From the NCBI GenBank assembly GCA_902514805.1, contig CABXSF010000001.1, forward strand, positions 14,757 to 78,756: 64,000 bases of DNA. The letters are read 5' to 3'. A program made the translations under genes and the position numbers. The notes under the pieces were generated by a model, which saw only the letters and a list, made by a program, of their open reading frames with translations, was not told where the DNA came from and ran no database searches. Position 1 is the first letter of the stretch. Every line of letters starts with the position of its first letter. Positions 40,555 through 51,278 of this stretch are shown here, in pieces. This DNA is from an uncultured Pelagibacteraceae bacterium. Lineage in GTDB: Bacteria; Pseudomonadota; Alphaproteobacteria; Pelagibacterales; Pelagibacteraceae.

Positions 40555-42483
40555 TTAGGCGCTCTTCTCTTTATTTTCGTCTTTGTCTTTTACTTCTTCA
40601 AAGTCTGCATCAACAACGTTGTCGTCTTTTTTTCCTTCTTGTTTTTGGTCTTTAGCATTTTCAGCTGGTTTTGCACTTTGTTGAGATTTATAAATAGCTT
40701 CTCCAAGTTTCATAGAAGCTTGTACTAAATCTTGTGTTTTCTTTTTAATTGCTTCAACATCAGTTCCTTTCAAAGCATTCCTTAAGTCTGCAGCTGCGGT
40801 CTCAATAGCTTTTTTATCAGCTTCAGAAACTTTAGAACCATGTTCTTTTAAATTTTTTTCTGTTGAGTGCACAAGAGTGTCTGCTTGATTTCTTGCATCA
40901 ACAGCTTCTCTTTTTTTCTTATCCTCTTCTTTGTTAGCCTCTGCGTCTTTAACCATTTTGCTAATCTCTTCGTCACTTAATCCTCCAGAAGCTTGAATTT
41001 GAATCTTTTGCTCTTTACCAGTTCCTTTATCCTTTGCTGAAACGTTAACTATTCCGTTGGCATCAATATCAAAAGTTACTTCAATCTGAGGAACACCTCT
41101 TGGTGCTGGAGCAATTCCAACTAATTCAAAATTTCCTAAAATTTTATTATCAGAGGCCATTTCTCTCTCACCTTGAAGAACTCTAATCGATACAGCTGGT
41201 TGATTATCTTCTGCTGTTGAAAATACTTGGCTTTTCTTAGTAGGAATAGTTGTGTTTTTATCGATCAGTTTTGTTGATACACCACCTAAAGTTTCGATAC
41301 CCAATGAAAGAGGTGTTACATCTAATAATAATACATCTTTTACATCGCCTTGAAGCACACCAGCTTGAATAGCAGCACCCATAGCAACAACTTCATCGGG
41401 GTTTACAGATTTATTTGGTTCTTTACCAAAGAAGTTTTTAACTTCTTCAATAATTTTTGGCATTCTTGTCATACCCCCAACAAGGACTATTTCATCAATT
41501 TCACCTGCTGATAGCCCAGCATCTTTAAGAGCAGTTTGGCATGGTGGCATTGTTCTTTTAATTAAATCTTCAACCAAAGCCTCAAGTTTTGCTCTTGTCA
41601 TTTTTAAGTTTATATGTTTTGGACCTGTTTTGTCGGCTGTAATAAAGGGAAGATTTATTTCTGTTTGCGCTGCAGAAGATAATTCTATTTTAGCTTTTTC
41701 AGCTGCTTCTTTTAATCTTTGTAATGCAAGTTTATCAGATTTTAAATCAATTCCATTATCTTTTTTAAATTCAGAAAGAAGGTATTCTACGATGGTGTTA
41801 TCAAAATCTTCTCCACCTAGAAATGTATCACCATTTGTTGATTTAACTTCAAATACTCCATCGCCTAATTCCAAAATTGATACATCGAACGTTCCACCAC
41901 CAAGATCATAAACCGCGATCTTTTTATTTGCTTTTTTATCTAAACCATATGCTAACGATGCAGCTGTTGGTTCATTAATAATTCTCAAAACTTCTAAACC
42001 TGCAATCTTACCTGCGTCTTTAGTAGCTTGTCTTTGAGCATCGTTAAAATATGCTGGGACAGTAATTACAGCTTTAGTAACTTCTTGACCTAAATATTTT
42101 TCCGCAGTTTCTTTCATTTTTTGTAAAACAAAAGCTGATATTTGTGATGGCGAATATTTTTTTCCTTTAGCTTCTATCCAAGCGTCACCTTTTTCTGAGT
42201 TAATTATTTTAAAAGGAGATGTTTCAATATCTTTTTTAACTGATGGGTCAGAAAAGTTTCTTCCAATTAATCTTTTGACAGCAAAAATAGTATTTTCAGG
42301 ATTTGTAACAGCCTGTCTTTTTGCTGGTTGCCCAATAAGTTTTTCGTCATTTTCAGTAAAAGCTACTACAGAGGGAGTAGTTCTTGCACCTTCTGCATTT
42401 TCTAAAACCTTTGCTTGCGTACCCTCCATTATGGAGACACACGAGTTTGTAGTTCCTAAGTCTATTCCTATTACTTTGCTCAT
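40555..42483 (-). CDS. dnaK: Chaperone DnaK
   Basis: [34 protein letters not shown]. Confidence 0.99.
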   Translation of the reverse strand: MSKVIGIDLGTTNSCVSIMEGTQAKVLENAEGARTTPSVVAFTENDEKLIGQPAKRQAVTNPENTIFAVKRLIGRNFSDPSVKKDIETSPFKIINSEKGDAWIEAKGKKYSPSQISAFVLQKMKETAEKYLGQEVTKAVITVPAYFNDAQRQATKDAGKIAGLEVLRIINEPTAASLAYGLDKKANKKIAVYDLGGGTFDVSILELGDGVFEVKSTNGDTFLGGEDFDNTIVEYLLSEFKKDNGIDLKSDKLALQRLKEAAEKAKIELSSAAQTEINLPFITADKTGPKHINLKMTRAKLEALVEDLIKRTMPPCQTALKDAGLSAGEIDEIVLVGGMTRMPKIIEEVKNFFGKEPNKSVNPDEVVAMGAAIQAGVLQGDVKDVLLLDVTPLSLGIETLGGVSTKLIDKNTTIPTKKSQVFSTAEDNQPAVSIRVLQGEREMASDNKILGNFELVGIAPAPRGVPQIEVTFDIDANGIVNVSAKDKGTGKEQKIQIQASGGLSDEEISKMVKDAEANKEEDKKKREAVDARNQADTLVHSTEKNLKEHGSKVSEADKKAIETAAADLRNALKGTDVEAIKKKTQDLVQASMKLGEAIYKSQQSAKPAENAKDQKQEGKKDDNVVDADFEEVKDKDENKEKSA

Positions 42484-42504
42484 AATTTTTTATATTTGAA
42501 ACTC

Positions 42505-42532
42505 ATATATGTGCTTTTTGTTAATCTACAAG
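42505..42532 (-). promoter_or_regulatory. Putative RpoH promoter of dnaK
   Basis: Minus strand CTTG-N17-CATATAT, resembling the alphaproteobacterial sigma32 consensus CTTG-N17/18-CYTATNT. Confidence 0.55.
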
Positions 42533-42542
42533 TTCCCATATC

Positions 42543-43130
42543 CTATTTTTTTTGCTCTTTTTTATCGGTTTTTTGTGGTTTTTTTGATACACCAACTAAT
42601 GATGGTCTTAAAAGTCTACCTTTTAACATAAATCCTTTTTGTATTTCCTGCACAATTGTCCCTGGCTCCTTACTGTCGTCTTCAATCTCCATCATTGCCT
42701 GATGTTTATTTGGGTCAAGCTTTTCATTTATAGAAACTACAGGCATAATGTTATTCTTTTTAAAAATAGTTAGTGTATCGTTCAAAATTATTTCTATATG
42801 GTCCATAATTTTCTTCTTTGAATTTTCATCTAGCTTTTGATCATTATTTATCGATACTTTTGATCTTTCAAGATTGTCCAAAAGGTTTAGAGCATCTCTT
42901 GCAAAAACCATGCCACCATAGTCGAATGCTTCATCTTTCTCTTTCTCAAATCTTCTACGTTGATTTTCTAGTTCTGCAAAAGATCTTGTAAGTTTATCTT
43001 CTAATTCAACTATTTTTTCTTCGGGGGTTATTTCTTTTTTAGTTTCAGTCTTCTTAACATCAGACTTATCATTATTTTCTTTGTTTAAATCTTCTTTGTT
43101 TTCTTCGACAATGTTTTTTTCTTCAGCCAT
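42543..43130 (-). CDS. grpE: Nucleotide exchange factor GrpE
   Basis: AE.EN.RRR, DNLER, DPN.HQAM, Q.GF....RLLRP..V.V. Confidence 0.96.
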   Translation of the reverse strand: MAEEKNIVEENKEDLNKENNDKSDVKKTETKKEITPEEKIVELEDKLTRSFAELENQRRRFEKEKDEAFDYGGMVFARDALNLLDNLERSKVSINNDQKLDENSKKKIMDHIEIILNDTLTIFKKNNIMPVVSINEKLDPNKHQAMMEIEDDSKEPGTIVQEIQKGFMLKGRLLRPSLVGVSKKPQKTDKKEQKK

Positions 43131-43138
43131 TTAGAGTT

Positions 43139-43166
43139 ATATGGTAAGAAATTTGTTATTTACTAG
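43139..43166 (-). promoter_or_regulatory. Putative RpoH promoter of grpE
   Basis: Minus strand CTAG-N18-CCATAT ending 8 nt before the ATG. Confidence 0.45.
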
Positions 43167-43769
43167 ATGAAAAATAAAAAAATTCCTAGAATATTGATAG
43201 GCACAAATAACCAAGGAAAACTGAGAGAAATTAAGAATTTATTACCCAAAAATATAGAAGTTTTTTCAACTAAAGATTTTAATCTCAAAAGCCCTAGAGA
43301 AACTGGCAAAACTTTTAAATCTAATGCTTTAATCAAAGCAAAATATTTTTCAAAAAAAACAAACCTTGTATGTTTGTCAGACGACTCAGGTTTAGAAATT
43401 GATATATTAAAAAAAAAACCAGGAATTTATTCAGCGCGGTGGGGAGGAAAAAGAGGTGACTTCAATAAAGCAATGCAAAGGGTCTACAAAGAATTGGATA
43501 AAAAGGATAAAAAATGGAGAACAAAAAAAGTTCCAGCGAGATTTATTTGTGCTCTAGTTATCTATTGGCCAAATACAAAAAAAATTTATTCTTTAGGTAA
43601 AGTAAATGGAAAAATATCTAAAACCAAAAAAGGAAAGAATGGATTTGGATATGATCCAATTTTTATTCCAAATGGTCATAAAAGAACTTTTGGTGAGATG
43701 AGCAAAAGTTACAAATATAAAATTGATCATAGAGCAAAAGCATTTAAAAAAATTAAAAGATTTTTTTAA
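43167..43769 (+). CDS. rdgB: Non-canonical purine NTP pyrophosphatase (RdgB/HAM1)
   Basis: T.N.GK..E, E.G.TF..NA..KA, DDSGL, PG.YSAR, GFGYDPIF, HR. Confidence 0.95.
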   Translation: MKNKKIPRILIGTNNQGKLREIKNLLPKNIEVFSTKDFNLKSPRETGKTFKSNALIKAKYFSKKTNLVCLSDDSGLEIDILKKKPGIYSARWGGKRGDFNKAMQRVYKELDKKDKKWRTKKVPARFICALVIYWPNTKKIYSLGKVNGKISKTKKGKNGFGYDPIFIPNGHKRTFGEMSKSYKYKIDHRAKAFKKIKRFF

Positions 43770-44904
43770 ATTTATTGTTTTCTACTTTATAAAAATTTAA
43801 AACGTGTTTAATACGTTTATCCTCTATTTCAAACAAACCAATCTTGCCCTTGAAGGTATTTTTCTGATCAAATATTTTATTATTCAATTGGAAGTTATTT
43901 ACTTTAGAAAGATAAAAAATTAGTCCAACCATATCGAAACCTAATAAAGAGATTTGATTTGGCTCAGATGAATATTTCTTAAAATACTCCTGTTTGAATT
44001 CATCAAAATTTTTTTTATTTACTGAAGGAAAATAAAGATTCTGGGAACTATCTTCGTTAAGTAAAGACTCGTCAAACCATTGGTTTAACGTAATGAAATA
44101 TGTTTTTTTTGGTGTAACATCTGTATAAATTAAAGATGTTGTTATACTTTTAAGTGTTTCATCGAAGGCAGAAATTATCACGGAGTCGAAATTTACTTTT
44201 CCAAGAGTGTCCTTTTTTTCCAAATTTTCTATTATTTTTTCTTTATTAAACTCATCTGACTCTTCTACCCTTTTGATTTCGTCTGCTAAATTTTGTTTTC
44301 TCCTATCGTATTTGGTAATTTTTTCTATTCTCTTCGTTAACAAAGTTGGATCAGACTCATAAAAATATTTTTTTTTTAGTTTTATATTAGTTGAAGATAG
44401 ACCCTTTTCAATTTCGTCCCTAAAACGATCCTCAGGAATTAAACAAATAGTTTTATCCAGTCCTTCTATTTTTTGGAACTTTTCAATTGCCTCAAGTTGC
44501 GATAATGCATTTACACCAACAGAAATTATATTATTACCTTTTTTTTCAAGTTTATTTGTAAAGGATAAAAAAATCGCATCATTAAGTTTTGATAAGTTTT
44601 TAATATTTTTTTCAAAAATTGGACCTATAAAAATTCTTACACCATTATCGTAAAGTTCTTTAGCAGCTATATAGTTTTGTTCAGGATTATCGAAATTGTT
44701 TTTTGGTAGAATCTGTAGTTGTGAACTGTCAATCTTATTCACTGCCATACTCACAGATCTTAAAACAGAGGTCCCAATATTCTTATTCTCACCACTCAAA
44801 GGTAATAATAATCCTATCTTTATTTTTTCTGAAGCTAATGTCGAAATAGAGCTTATTATTAGAAAAGTTAAAATAGATATTAATAAGTTACTTTTATTTT
44901 TCAT
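43753..44904 (-). CDS. LpoA/LppC-like periplasmic-binding-fold protein (putative PBP activator)
   Basis: Signal peptide, KIGLLLPLSG....G, IGP.F; divergent from rsmI as for yraM/yraL. Confidence 0.72.
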   Translation of the reverse strand: MKNKSNLLISILTFLIISSISTLASEKIKIGLLLPLSGENKNIGTSVLRSVSMAVNKIDSSQLQILPKNNFDNPEQNYIAAKELYDNGVRIFIGPIFEKNIKNLSKLNDAIFLSFTNKLEKKGNNIISVGVNALSQLEAIEKFQKIEGLDKTICLIPEDRFRDEIEKGLSSTNIKLKKKYFYESDPTLLTKRIEKITKYDRRKQNLADEIKRVEESDEFNKEKIIENLEKKDTLGKVNFDSVIISAFDETLKSITTSLIYTDVTPKKTYFITLNQWFDESLLNEDSSQNLYFPSVNKKNFDEFKQEYFKKYSSEPNQISLLGFDMVGLIFYLSKVNNFQLNNKIFDQKNTFKGKIGLFEIEDKRIKHVLNFYKVENNKFKKIF

Positions 44905-44936
44905 TTCATTACTAAATATTATATTCTTTTAAGACA

Positions 44937-45785
44937 ATGAAGTCTAAAACTCAAAAACTTAAAAAGGGACTTTACATAGTTTCTACTCCTATAGGAAATT
45001 TAAAAGACATTACTTTTAGAGCAATAGATATACTTAAGAAATCAGATATAATTTTATGCGAAGATACAAGAAATTCAAAAAAACTACTTACTCATTATGA
45101 GATTAAATCAAAGTTGGTATCGTATCATAAATTTAACGAGAGAAAAATTTCTAAAGGAATTGTTTCTGAAATTCAAAAATATAACATCATATCTCTTATT
45201 TCAGATGCTGGTACACCAGTTATTTCAGATCCGGGCAAAATACTTATTAAAGAATGTGTTTCAAAAAATATACCAATTATTCCGATCCCCGGTGTTTCCT
45301 CTGTTACTGCAACAGCGTCTATAAGTGGTTTTTCTGAAAAATTTATTTTTTTTGGTTTTTTGTCTGAAAAACTATCAGCATTAAAAAAAGAGCTTGAGAT
45401 GTTAAGTAAAATTAGTTGTTCGATAATTTTATTTTCATCTCCAAGAAAATTTCTTAAAAATTTAGAAAAATTTCAAGAATATTTTAGTGATAGGGAGCTA
45501 GTAATTTGTAGAGAAATTACAAAATTGCATGAAGAGTTCATTAGATTAAAAGTCAGCGATTTGAAAAAAATTGATTTAAATATTAAAGGTGAATTAACAG
45601 CTATTTTTTCCGAAAAGAAAAATTCAATTAACAATTTTAACTATCTAACAGAATCTGATATGAAATTGATTAACAAGATGTTATCAAAAAAAACAATTAA
45701 AGATATTGTAAATTATTTTAAAGATAGAAATATTCCAAAACGTACAATTTATAATTATTGTCTTGAAAAAAAAAATGAGGATTAA
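44937..45785 (+). CDS. rsmI: 16S rRNA C1402 2'-O-methyltransferase RsmI
   Basis: LYIV.TPIGNL.DIT.RA, CEDTR, SDAGTP.ISDPG, REITK.HEE, KGE. Confidence 0.96.
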   Translation: MKSKTQKLKKGLYIVSTPIGNLKDITFRAIDILKKSDIILCEDTRNSKKLLTHYEIKSKLVSYHKFNERKISKGIVSEIQKYNIISLISDAGTPVISDPGKILIKECVSKNIPIIPIPGVSSVTATASISGFSEKFIFFGFLSEKLSALKKELEMLSKISCSIILFSSPRKFLKNLEKFQEYFSDRELVICREITKLHEEFIRLKVSDLKKIDLNIKGELTAIFSEKKNSINNFNYLTESDMKLINKMLSKKTIKDIVNYFKDRNIPKRTIYNYCLEKKNED

Positions 45786-46362
45786 ATATTTATTTATATT
45801 ACTAATATTTCTAAACTCTTGTGTTGGAACAGGAACAGGCGGATTATTTGGAACTGGTGTATCGGTCGCGGTCGATCCAAGGTCAATTGGAACACAGATA
45901 GATGATACTATAATGCAAAAAAATTTAACAACCAGACTTACTTTAGAAGACAAAAGTTATTTTTTAGCAGTAAAATCAAAAGTTCTTGACGGGAGAATAT
46001 TCATAACCGGTAAAGTAGATAATCCAGAGGATAAACTCAAAATTACCAAAATAGCTTGGGAAACAGAGGGAGTAAGATCAGTAAGAAATGATATTAAGAT
46101 TAAAGAAGAATTTAATTTTAAACAATCAGCTAAGGATCTTTTAATTACCTCTCAATTAAGAACAGCCCTGATGTTTAATAGTGGAATCAAATCAAGAAAC
46201 TATCAAATAGATACATATAAAAAACGAATATATATTTATGGTATTGCTGAAACAAAAGATGAACTTGAATTAGTAGTTGATGAAGCTAAGTCAATTTTAG
46301 ATGTTGAAAAAGTGATAGCAAGTATCCTTTTAATGGAAGACTTAAGAATTCAAAAAAATTAA
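45775..46362 (+). CDS. Dual BON-domain lipoprotein (DolP/YraP-like)
   Basis: Lipobox FLNSC, DPRS.G..IDD, GV..V.N, D..IT. ATG 45775 preferred over TTG 45763. Confidence 0.87.
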   Translation: MRIKYLFILLIFLNSCVGTGTGGLFGTGVSVAVDPRSIGTQIDDTIMQKNLTTRLTLEDKSYFLAVKSKVLDGRIFITGKVDNPEDKLKITKIAWETEGVRSVRNDIKIKEEFNFKQSAKDLLITSQLRTALMFNSGIKSRNYQIDTYKKRIYIYGIAETKDELELVVDEAKSILDVEKVIASILLMEDLRIQKN

Positions 46363-48647
46363 TTTTTTTTATTATAGTCAATTATACCAGCTGAGTATGC
46401 AGCAACAGATGCTAAGTTTAAAATTTCTGATGTTGAACTTCTAAGTGGAGCTATCTCGATTGCCTGACCTAATCCTATAAGAAGTGGTCCAATTACCTTA
46501 GCTCTACTCATTGATTTCATTGTTTTAAAAGATATAGCTGCACTGTGTTGACTCGGCATTATCAAAACATTTGCATTCCCGACTATTTCTGAAAATGGAT
46601 ATAATTCTTTATAAGTTTCCTCTAAAGCGACATCGGGTTGCATTTCACCATCAAATTTAAAATCCACTTTTCTTTCTTTTAATATTTGTACTGCATCACT
46701 TATTCGTTTTGTTCTATCTGTTACAGGCTGACCAAAAGTAGAATGAGATAAAAAAGCGACTTTAGGATCAAAACCAAATAATCTTACAACTCTCGCTGTT
46801 GAAATTGCCATTTCCGCTAATTGATTTGCATCTGGGTATTCAATTACAGATGTATCACAAATGAATATTGTTTTTCCTCTATTAATTATCATGTTTAGAC
46901 CAAACATTATTTCACCAGGTCTCGGATCTACCACTTTTGTGACCTTTTCTAATGATGAGGAATAACGTCTAGTATTTCCAGTAACCATAGCGTCAGCATC
47001 TCCGCATGACACCATACAAGCTCCCCAGATCACCCTGTCGTTTCTAATCAATTTATCGCAGTCTCTTTCTAACAAACCCTCTTTTCTCTGCAGCTTTTCA
47101 AATAGAAATTTTACATATCTTTCTCTTAATTTTTTATCGGTTGAATTTATTATCTTAATATCGAGTTTTTCTCCGTAGCCAATTTCATATAATTTCTTTT
47201 TCACTATATCCTCTTTAGCAATTAAGATGGGCTCACCAAGTCCATTATTTTTAAATGCTATTGCTGCCTTCAAATTATTTTCATCTTCTCCATCTGCGAA
47301 CACCACTCTTTTTTGATTTTTTTTAATTTGAGAATTTATCCCCTGAATTACTGCTACTGAGGGATCTAAACGGTTTTTAAGTTGTTCAAAATACATGTCA
47401 AAATCTTCAATATTTTTTCTTGCAACACCTGTTTTGATTGCTGCTTTTGCAACAGCAACAGGAATTACACTAATTAATCTTGGATCAAAAGTAGATGGAA
47501 TTATATATTCCTTCCCATAATGAGGTCTATCTCCACCCATTGCCGCAACTACTTCATCTGGAACTCTTTCTCTTGCTAAAGTGGCAATGGCTTTCACCGC
47601 CGCAACTTTCATTTCTTCATTTATTGTTTTAGCTCTTACATCTAGAGCTCCCCTAAAAATATATGGAAAACCAATTAAATTGTTTACTTGATTTGGATAG
47701 TCTGATCTTCCAGTCGCTATAATAGCGTCATCTCTCACATCTTCAACATCCTCAGGAATTATTTCAGGATCTGGGTTTGCACATGCAAATATAATTGGAT
47801 TCTTAGTCATTTTTTTAACCATCTCTTTTTTTAAGACACCAGCTTGAGACAGACCTAAAAATACGTCTGCTCCATTTATTGCATCTTTTAGAGTTCTGTT
47901 TTTTGTTTTGATAGCAAACTTTTTTTTCCACTCGTTTAAGTTATCTCTTTCAGAGTGAATAACACCTTTTGTATCTAGCATTGTAATATTTTTGTCTTTA
48001 ACACCAGTATTAATAAAAAGATTTGCACAAGCCATAGCAGATGCACCAGCACCATTAATGACAACCTTCACATCTTTGATATTTTTTTTTGCAATATCAC
48101 AAGCATTTATAAGTGCTGCGCTTGTTATTATAGCTGTACCATGTTGATCATCATGAAATACAGGTATGTCCAGCAATTTTTTTAATTCGTTCTCTATAAC
48201 AAAACATTCAGGTGCTTTTATGTCCTCTAAATTAATTCCACCAAAACTTTTTGAAATATTTTTAACTGAGTTAATAATTTCTTTTGAGTCTGAAGAATCT
48301 ATCTCAATATCAATTGAATCTATGTCCGCAAACCTTTTAAATAAAACTGCTTTTCCTTCCATAACTGGTTTCGAAGCAACTGCACCTAAATTTCCTAGAC
48401 CTAAAATTGCAGAGCCATTACTAATTACTGCAACAAGATTACCTTTAGTAGTATAGTCATATGCAAGGTCTGGATTTTTTGAAATCGCTTTTACTGGCGC
48501 AGCAACCCCAGGTGAATAGGCCAATGCCAAATCTCTCTTTGAAGTCATCGGTTTTGAAGAAATAATCTCAATCTTGCCAGATTTATTAGTATTATGAAAA
48601 TCTAATGCTTCTTTATCCGAGTAATGTTCAATTTTATTTTTCTTCAT
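46359..48647 (-). CDS. maeB: NADP-dependent malic enzyme with C-terminal PTA-like domain
   Basis: AYSPGVA, KPVMEGK, GGINLEDI, FHDDQHGTA, GAGA, ATGRSD.PNQVNN; PTA domain VFADGE, DGEMQ.D.A. Confidence 0.96.
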   Translation of the reverse strand: MKKNKIEHYSDKEALDFHNTNKSGKIEIISSKPMTSKRDLALAYSPGVAAPVKAISKNPDLAYDYTTKGNLVAVISNGSAILGLGNLGAVASKPVMEGKAVLFKRFADIDSIDIEIDSSDSKEIINSVKNISKSFGGINLEDIKAPECFVIENELKKLLDIPVFHDDQHGTAIITSAALINACDIAKKNIKDVKVVINGAGASAMACANLFINTGVKDKNITMLDTKGVIHSERDNLNEWKKKFAIKTKNRTLKDAINGADVFLGLSQAGVLKKEMVKKMTKNPIIFACANPDPEIIPEDVEDVRDDAIIATGRSDYPNQVNNLIGFPYIFRGALDVRAKTINEEMKVAAVKAIATLARERVPDEVVAAMGGDRPHYGKEYIIPSTFDPRLISVIPVAVAKAAIKTGVARKNIEDFDMYFEQLKNRLDPSVAVIQGINSQIKKNQKRVVFADGEDENNLKAAIAFKNNGLGEPILIAKEDIVKKKLYEIGYGEKLDIKIINSTDKKLRERYVKFLFEKLQRKEGLLERDCDKLIRNDRVIWGACMVSCGDADAMVTGNTRRYSSSLEKVTKVVDPRPGEIMFGLNMIINRGKTIFICDTSVIEYPDANQLAEMAISTARVVRLFGFDPKVAFLSHSTFGQPVTDRTKRISDAVQILKERKVDFKFDGEMQPDVALEETYKELYPFSEIVGNANVLIMPSQHSAAISFKTMKSMSRAKVIGPLLIGLGQAIEIAPLRSSTSEILNLASVAAYSAGIIDYNKKN

Positions 48648-48697
48648 GTAAATTATTTATGTATACAAATGAGCCAATAATAAGACTAATATGATTT

Positions 48698-50227
48698 ATG
48701 AATATAATTAAGTCAACCGGCACTTTTAGTTTTTATACTCTAATAAGCAGAATTTCAGGATATTTTAGAGACATTCTCATTGCTATATATCTTGGTTCTG
48801 GACCTATCGCAGACGCTTTTTTTGTTGCCTTTAGAATTCCAAATACATTTAGAAGAATTTTTGGAGAAGGTTCCTTTAATGCAGCGTTTGTTCCAAGTTA
48901 TGCAAAAGAGTTAACAAAATCTAAAAAAAATTCTGAAAACTTTGCAAATAAAGTTTTAAGTTTATTAACCTTTTCATTATTTGGACTTGTTATCCTTATT
49001 GAACTATTTATGCCTTTGTTTGTCTCACTTATAGCACCAGGTTTTAAGTCTGATCCTGAGAAGTTTATTTTAGCAACTGACTTAACAAGAATTACGTTTC
49101 CCTTTATATTGTTTATAAGTCTAGCTTCTTTTTTTTCAGCAATCTTAAACTCACATAATAAATTTGCAGCTGCTTCTGCTGCGCCAATTATATTAAATTT
49201 AGTTTTAATTATTACATTGTTATGTGCCAAGTATCTTGATGATCATCTCGCGATTTATATGTCCTACGGTGTTTCAATAGCCGGATTCATTCAAATGGTT
49301 TTTCTTGTTATCACATTGAAAAAAATTTATACGCCTAAGTTTAAAGTGAAATTTAAAATTGACAACAAGACAAAAAGCTTTTTTAAAAAACTTATACCAA
49401 GTATTTTTTCTTCAGGTGTAACACAAATTAATATTTTGATTGGAACTATCATAGCTTCTTTTCAAGCTGGAGCCGTATCGTATCTGTATTATGCTGATCG
49501 AATTTATCAAATTAATCTTGCCATTGCAGGTATAGCCATAGGAACTGTTATACTTCCAAAATTATCCTCCTATATTGCTCAAAAAAAATTTAAAGATATT
49601 GATTTAATACAAAATAAGTCATTAGAGCTTTCTCTTTTTTTAAGCTTACCCGCGATGGCAGGTCTATTAATTGCTTCAGAGGAAATTGTTTCATCTTTGT
49701 TTGGATATGGATCATTTAACCAAGATGGCGTTGAAAATTCTGCAAATGCATTATTTTATTTTGCTTTAGGTTTACCTGCATTTTCGCTTATTAAAATTCT
49801 GTCAAATTTTGTTTTTGCACGAGATAATACCAAGATACCGTTTTACTTCTCTTTAATATCAGTCATCATTAATGCATCTATAAGTATTTATTATTTTAGA
49901 GATTTTGGATTTATCGTAATTCCTATTGCAACGTCTATTTCATCTTGGATTAATGCTTTATTATTATATTATTTTTTAAATCATAAGAAATTCTTTAAAG
50001 TTAGTTTAAGATTAATATTTCAATTCTTCAAAATATGTTTTTCAGTTTTATTAATGACTTTATTCCTTTTCAGTTCAATTAATTTTTTCAGCGTTCAATT
50101 AGAATATGATAGTAATTTTAAATTTATTTATCTTCTTTTGTTGGTAATTTCTTCAGCTGTTATTTATTTTGCAATATCCTTACTTACTAAAGCTTTCAAA
50201 TTAAGTGATATTAAAATAAGATATTAG
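48698..50227 (+). CDS. murJ: Lipid II flippase MurJ (MviN)
   Basis: SR..G..RD, DAF..AFR.PN..RR.F.EG, YYADR; multi-TM. Confidence 0.96.
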   Translation: MNIIKSTGTFSFYTLISRISGYFRDILIAIYLGSGPIADAFFVAFRIPNTFRRIFGEGSFNAAFVPSYAKELTKSKKNSENFANKVLSLLTFSLFGLVILIELFMPLFVSLIAPGFKSDPEKFILATDLTRITFPFILFISLASFFSAILNSHNKFAAASAAPIILNLVLIITLLCAKYLDDHLAIYMSYGVSIAGFIQMVFLVITLKKIYTPKFKVKFKIDNKTKSFFKKLIPSIFSSGVTQINILIGTIIASFQAGAVSYLYYADRIYQINLAIAGIAIGTVILPKLSSYIAQKKFKDIDLIQNKSLELSLFLSLPAMAGLLIASEEIVSSLFGYGSFNQDGVENSANALFYFALGLPAFSLIKILSNFVFARDNTKIPFYFSLISVIINASISIYYFRDFGFIVIPIATSISSWINALLLYYFLNHKKFFKVSLRLIFQFFKICFSVLLMTLFLFSSINFFSVQLEYDSNFKFIYLLLLVISSAVIYFAISLLTKAFKLSDIKIRY

Positions 50228-50228
50228 A

Positions 50229-51233
50229 ATGTCACAAAAAAATATATTTTCAGGAGTTCAACCTACAGGCAATCTTCATTTAGGAAATTATATTGGTGCA
50301 ATTAAAAATTTTGTAAAATTACAATCTGAAAATGACTCTAAATGTATTTATTGTGTTGTGGATTTACACGCAATAACAACAAAACAATACCCGCAAGAAT
50401 TAAAAGACAATATCCTTGAGACGACTGCAGTTTTTTTAGCAAGCGGAATTGATCCAAGCAAAAGTATAATTTTTAATCAATCGATGGTACCAGCTCACTC
50501 AGAGGGAACTTGGATATTGAGCTGTATCGCAAGAATGGGTTGGTTAAATAGGATGACACAGTTCAAGGAAAAAGCAGGGAAAGATAAGGAAAAAGCAAGT
50601 GTAGGGTTGTATATTTATCCAATTTTGATGGCAGCTGATATTTTGTTATATGATGCAACACATGTACCCGTAGGAGAAGATCAAAAACAACATTTAGAAC
50701 TCACGAGGAATATTGCCCAAAAATTTAATACAGATTTTAAAGCTCAAGATTTTTTTAAAATTCCCGAACCTCTTATACAAGAAAAATTCTCTCGTATTAT
50801 GAGTCTTAAAGATGCAAAAAATAAAATGAGTAAATCAGATCCTTCTGATGCTAGCCGTATAAATCTTACTGACACAGATGAACAAATTCATAATAAAATT
50901 AAAAAAGCAAAAACTGATACAAAGTCTTTTCCCGCAAATGAAAAAGATCTGGCCAAAAGACCAGAAATACAAAATCTGATTGGTATATATTCAAGTTTAA
51001 AATCTCAAAAAATTACAAACACACTTAAAGAGTTTCAGGGAGAAAATTTTTCAAATTTTAAAGAAAAACTATCAGAGGTTGTGATAGAAAATGTCTCTCC
51101 TATTTCAAAAGAAATAAACAAATTAAAATCAGACAAAGGATACATTTTACAGGTTCTAAAAGATGGAAGTGAAAAAGCTGAAATAATTGCTTCAGAAAAA
51201 GTTAAAAAAATTAAAGAAATTATTGGCTTTTAA
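50229..51233 (+). CDS. trpS: Tryptophan--tRNA ligase
   Basis: SGVQPTG.LHLGNY, YP.LMAADIL, VPVG.DQ.QH, KMSKS. Confidence 0.98.
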   Translation: MSQKNIFSGVQPTGNLHLGNYIGAIKNFVKLQSENDSKCIYCVVDLHAITTKQYPQELKDNILETTAVFLASGIDPSKSIIFNQSMVPAHSEGTWILSCIARMGWLNRMTQFKEKAGKDKEKASVGLYIYPILMAADILLYDATHVPVGEDQKQHLELTRNIAQKFNTDFKAQDFFKIPEPLIQEKFSRIMSLKDAKNKMSKSDPSDASRINLTDTDEQIHNKIKKAKTDTKSFPANEKDLAKRPEIQNLIGIYSSLKSQKITNTLKEFQGENFSNFKEKLSEVVIENVSPISKEINKLKSDKGYILQVLKDGSEKAEIIASEKVKKIKEIIGF

Positions 51234-51278
51234 AAGTATTTTACTTTAAAAAAATATTTCAATTACTATATTAAATCA

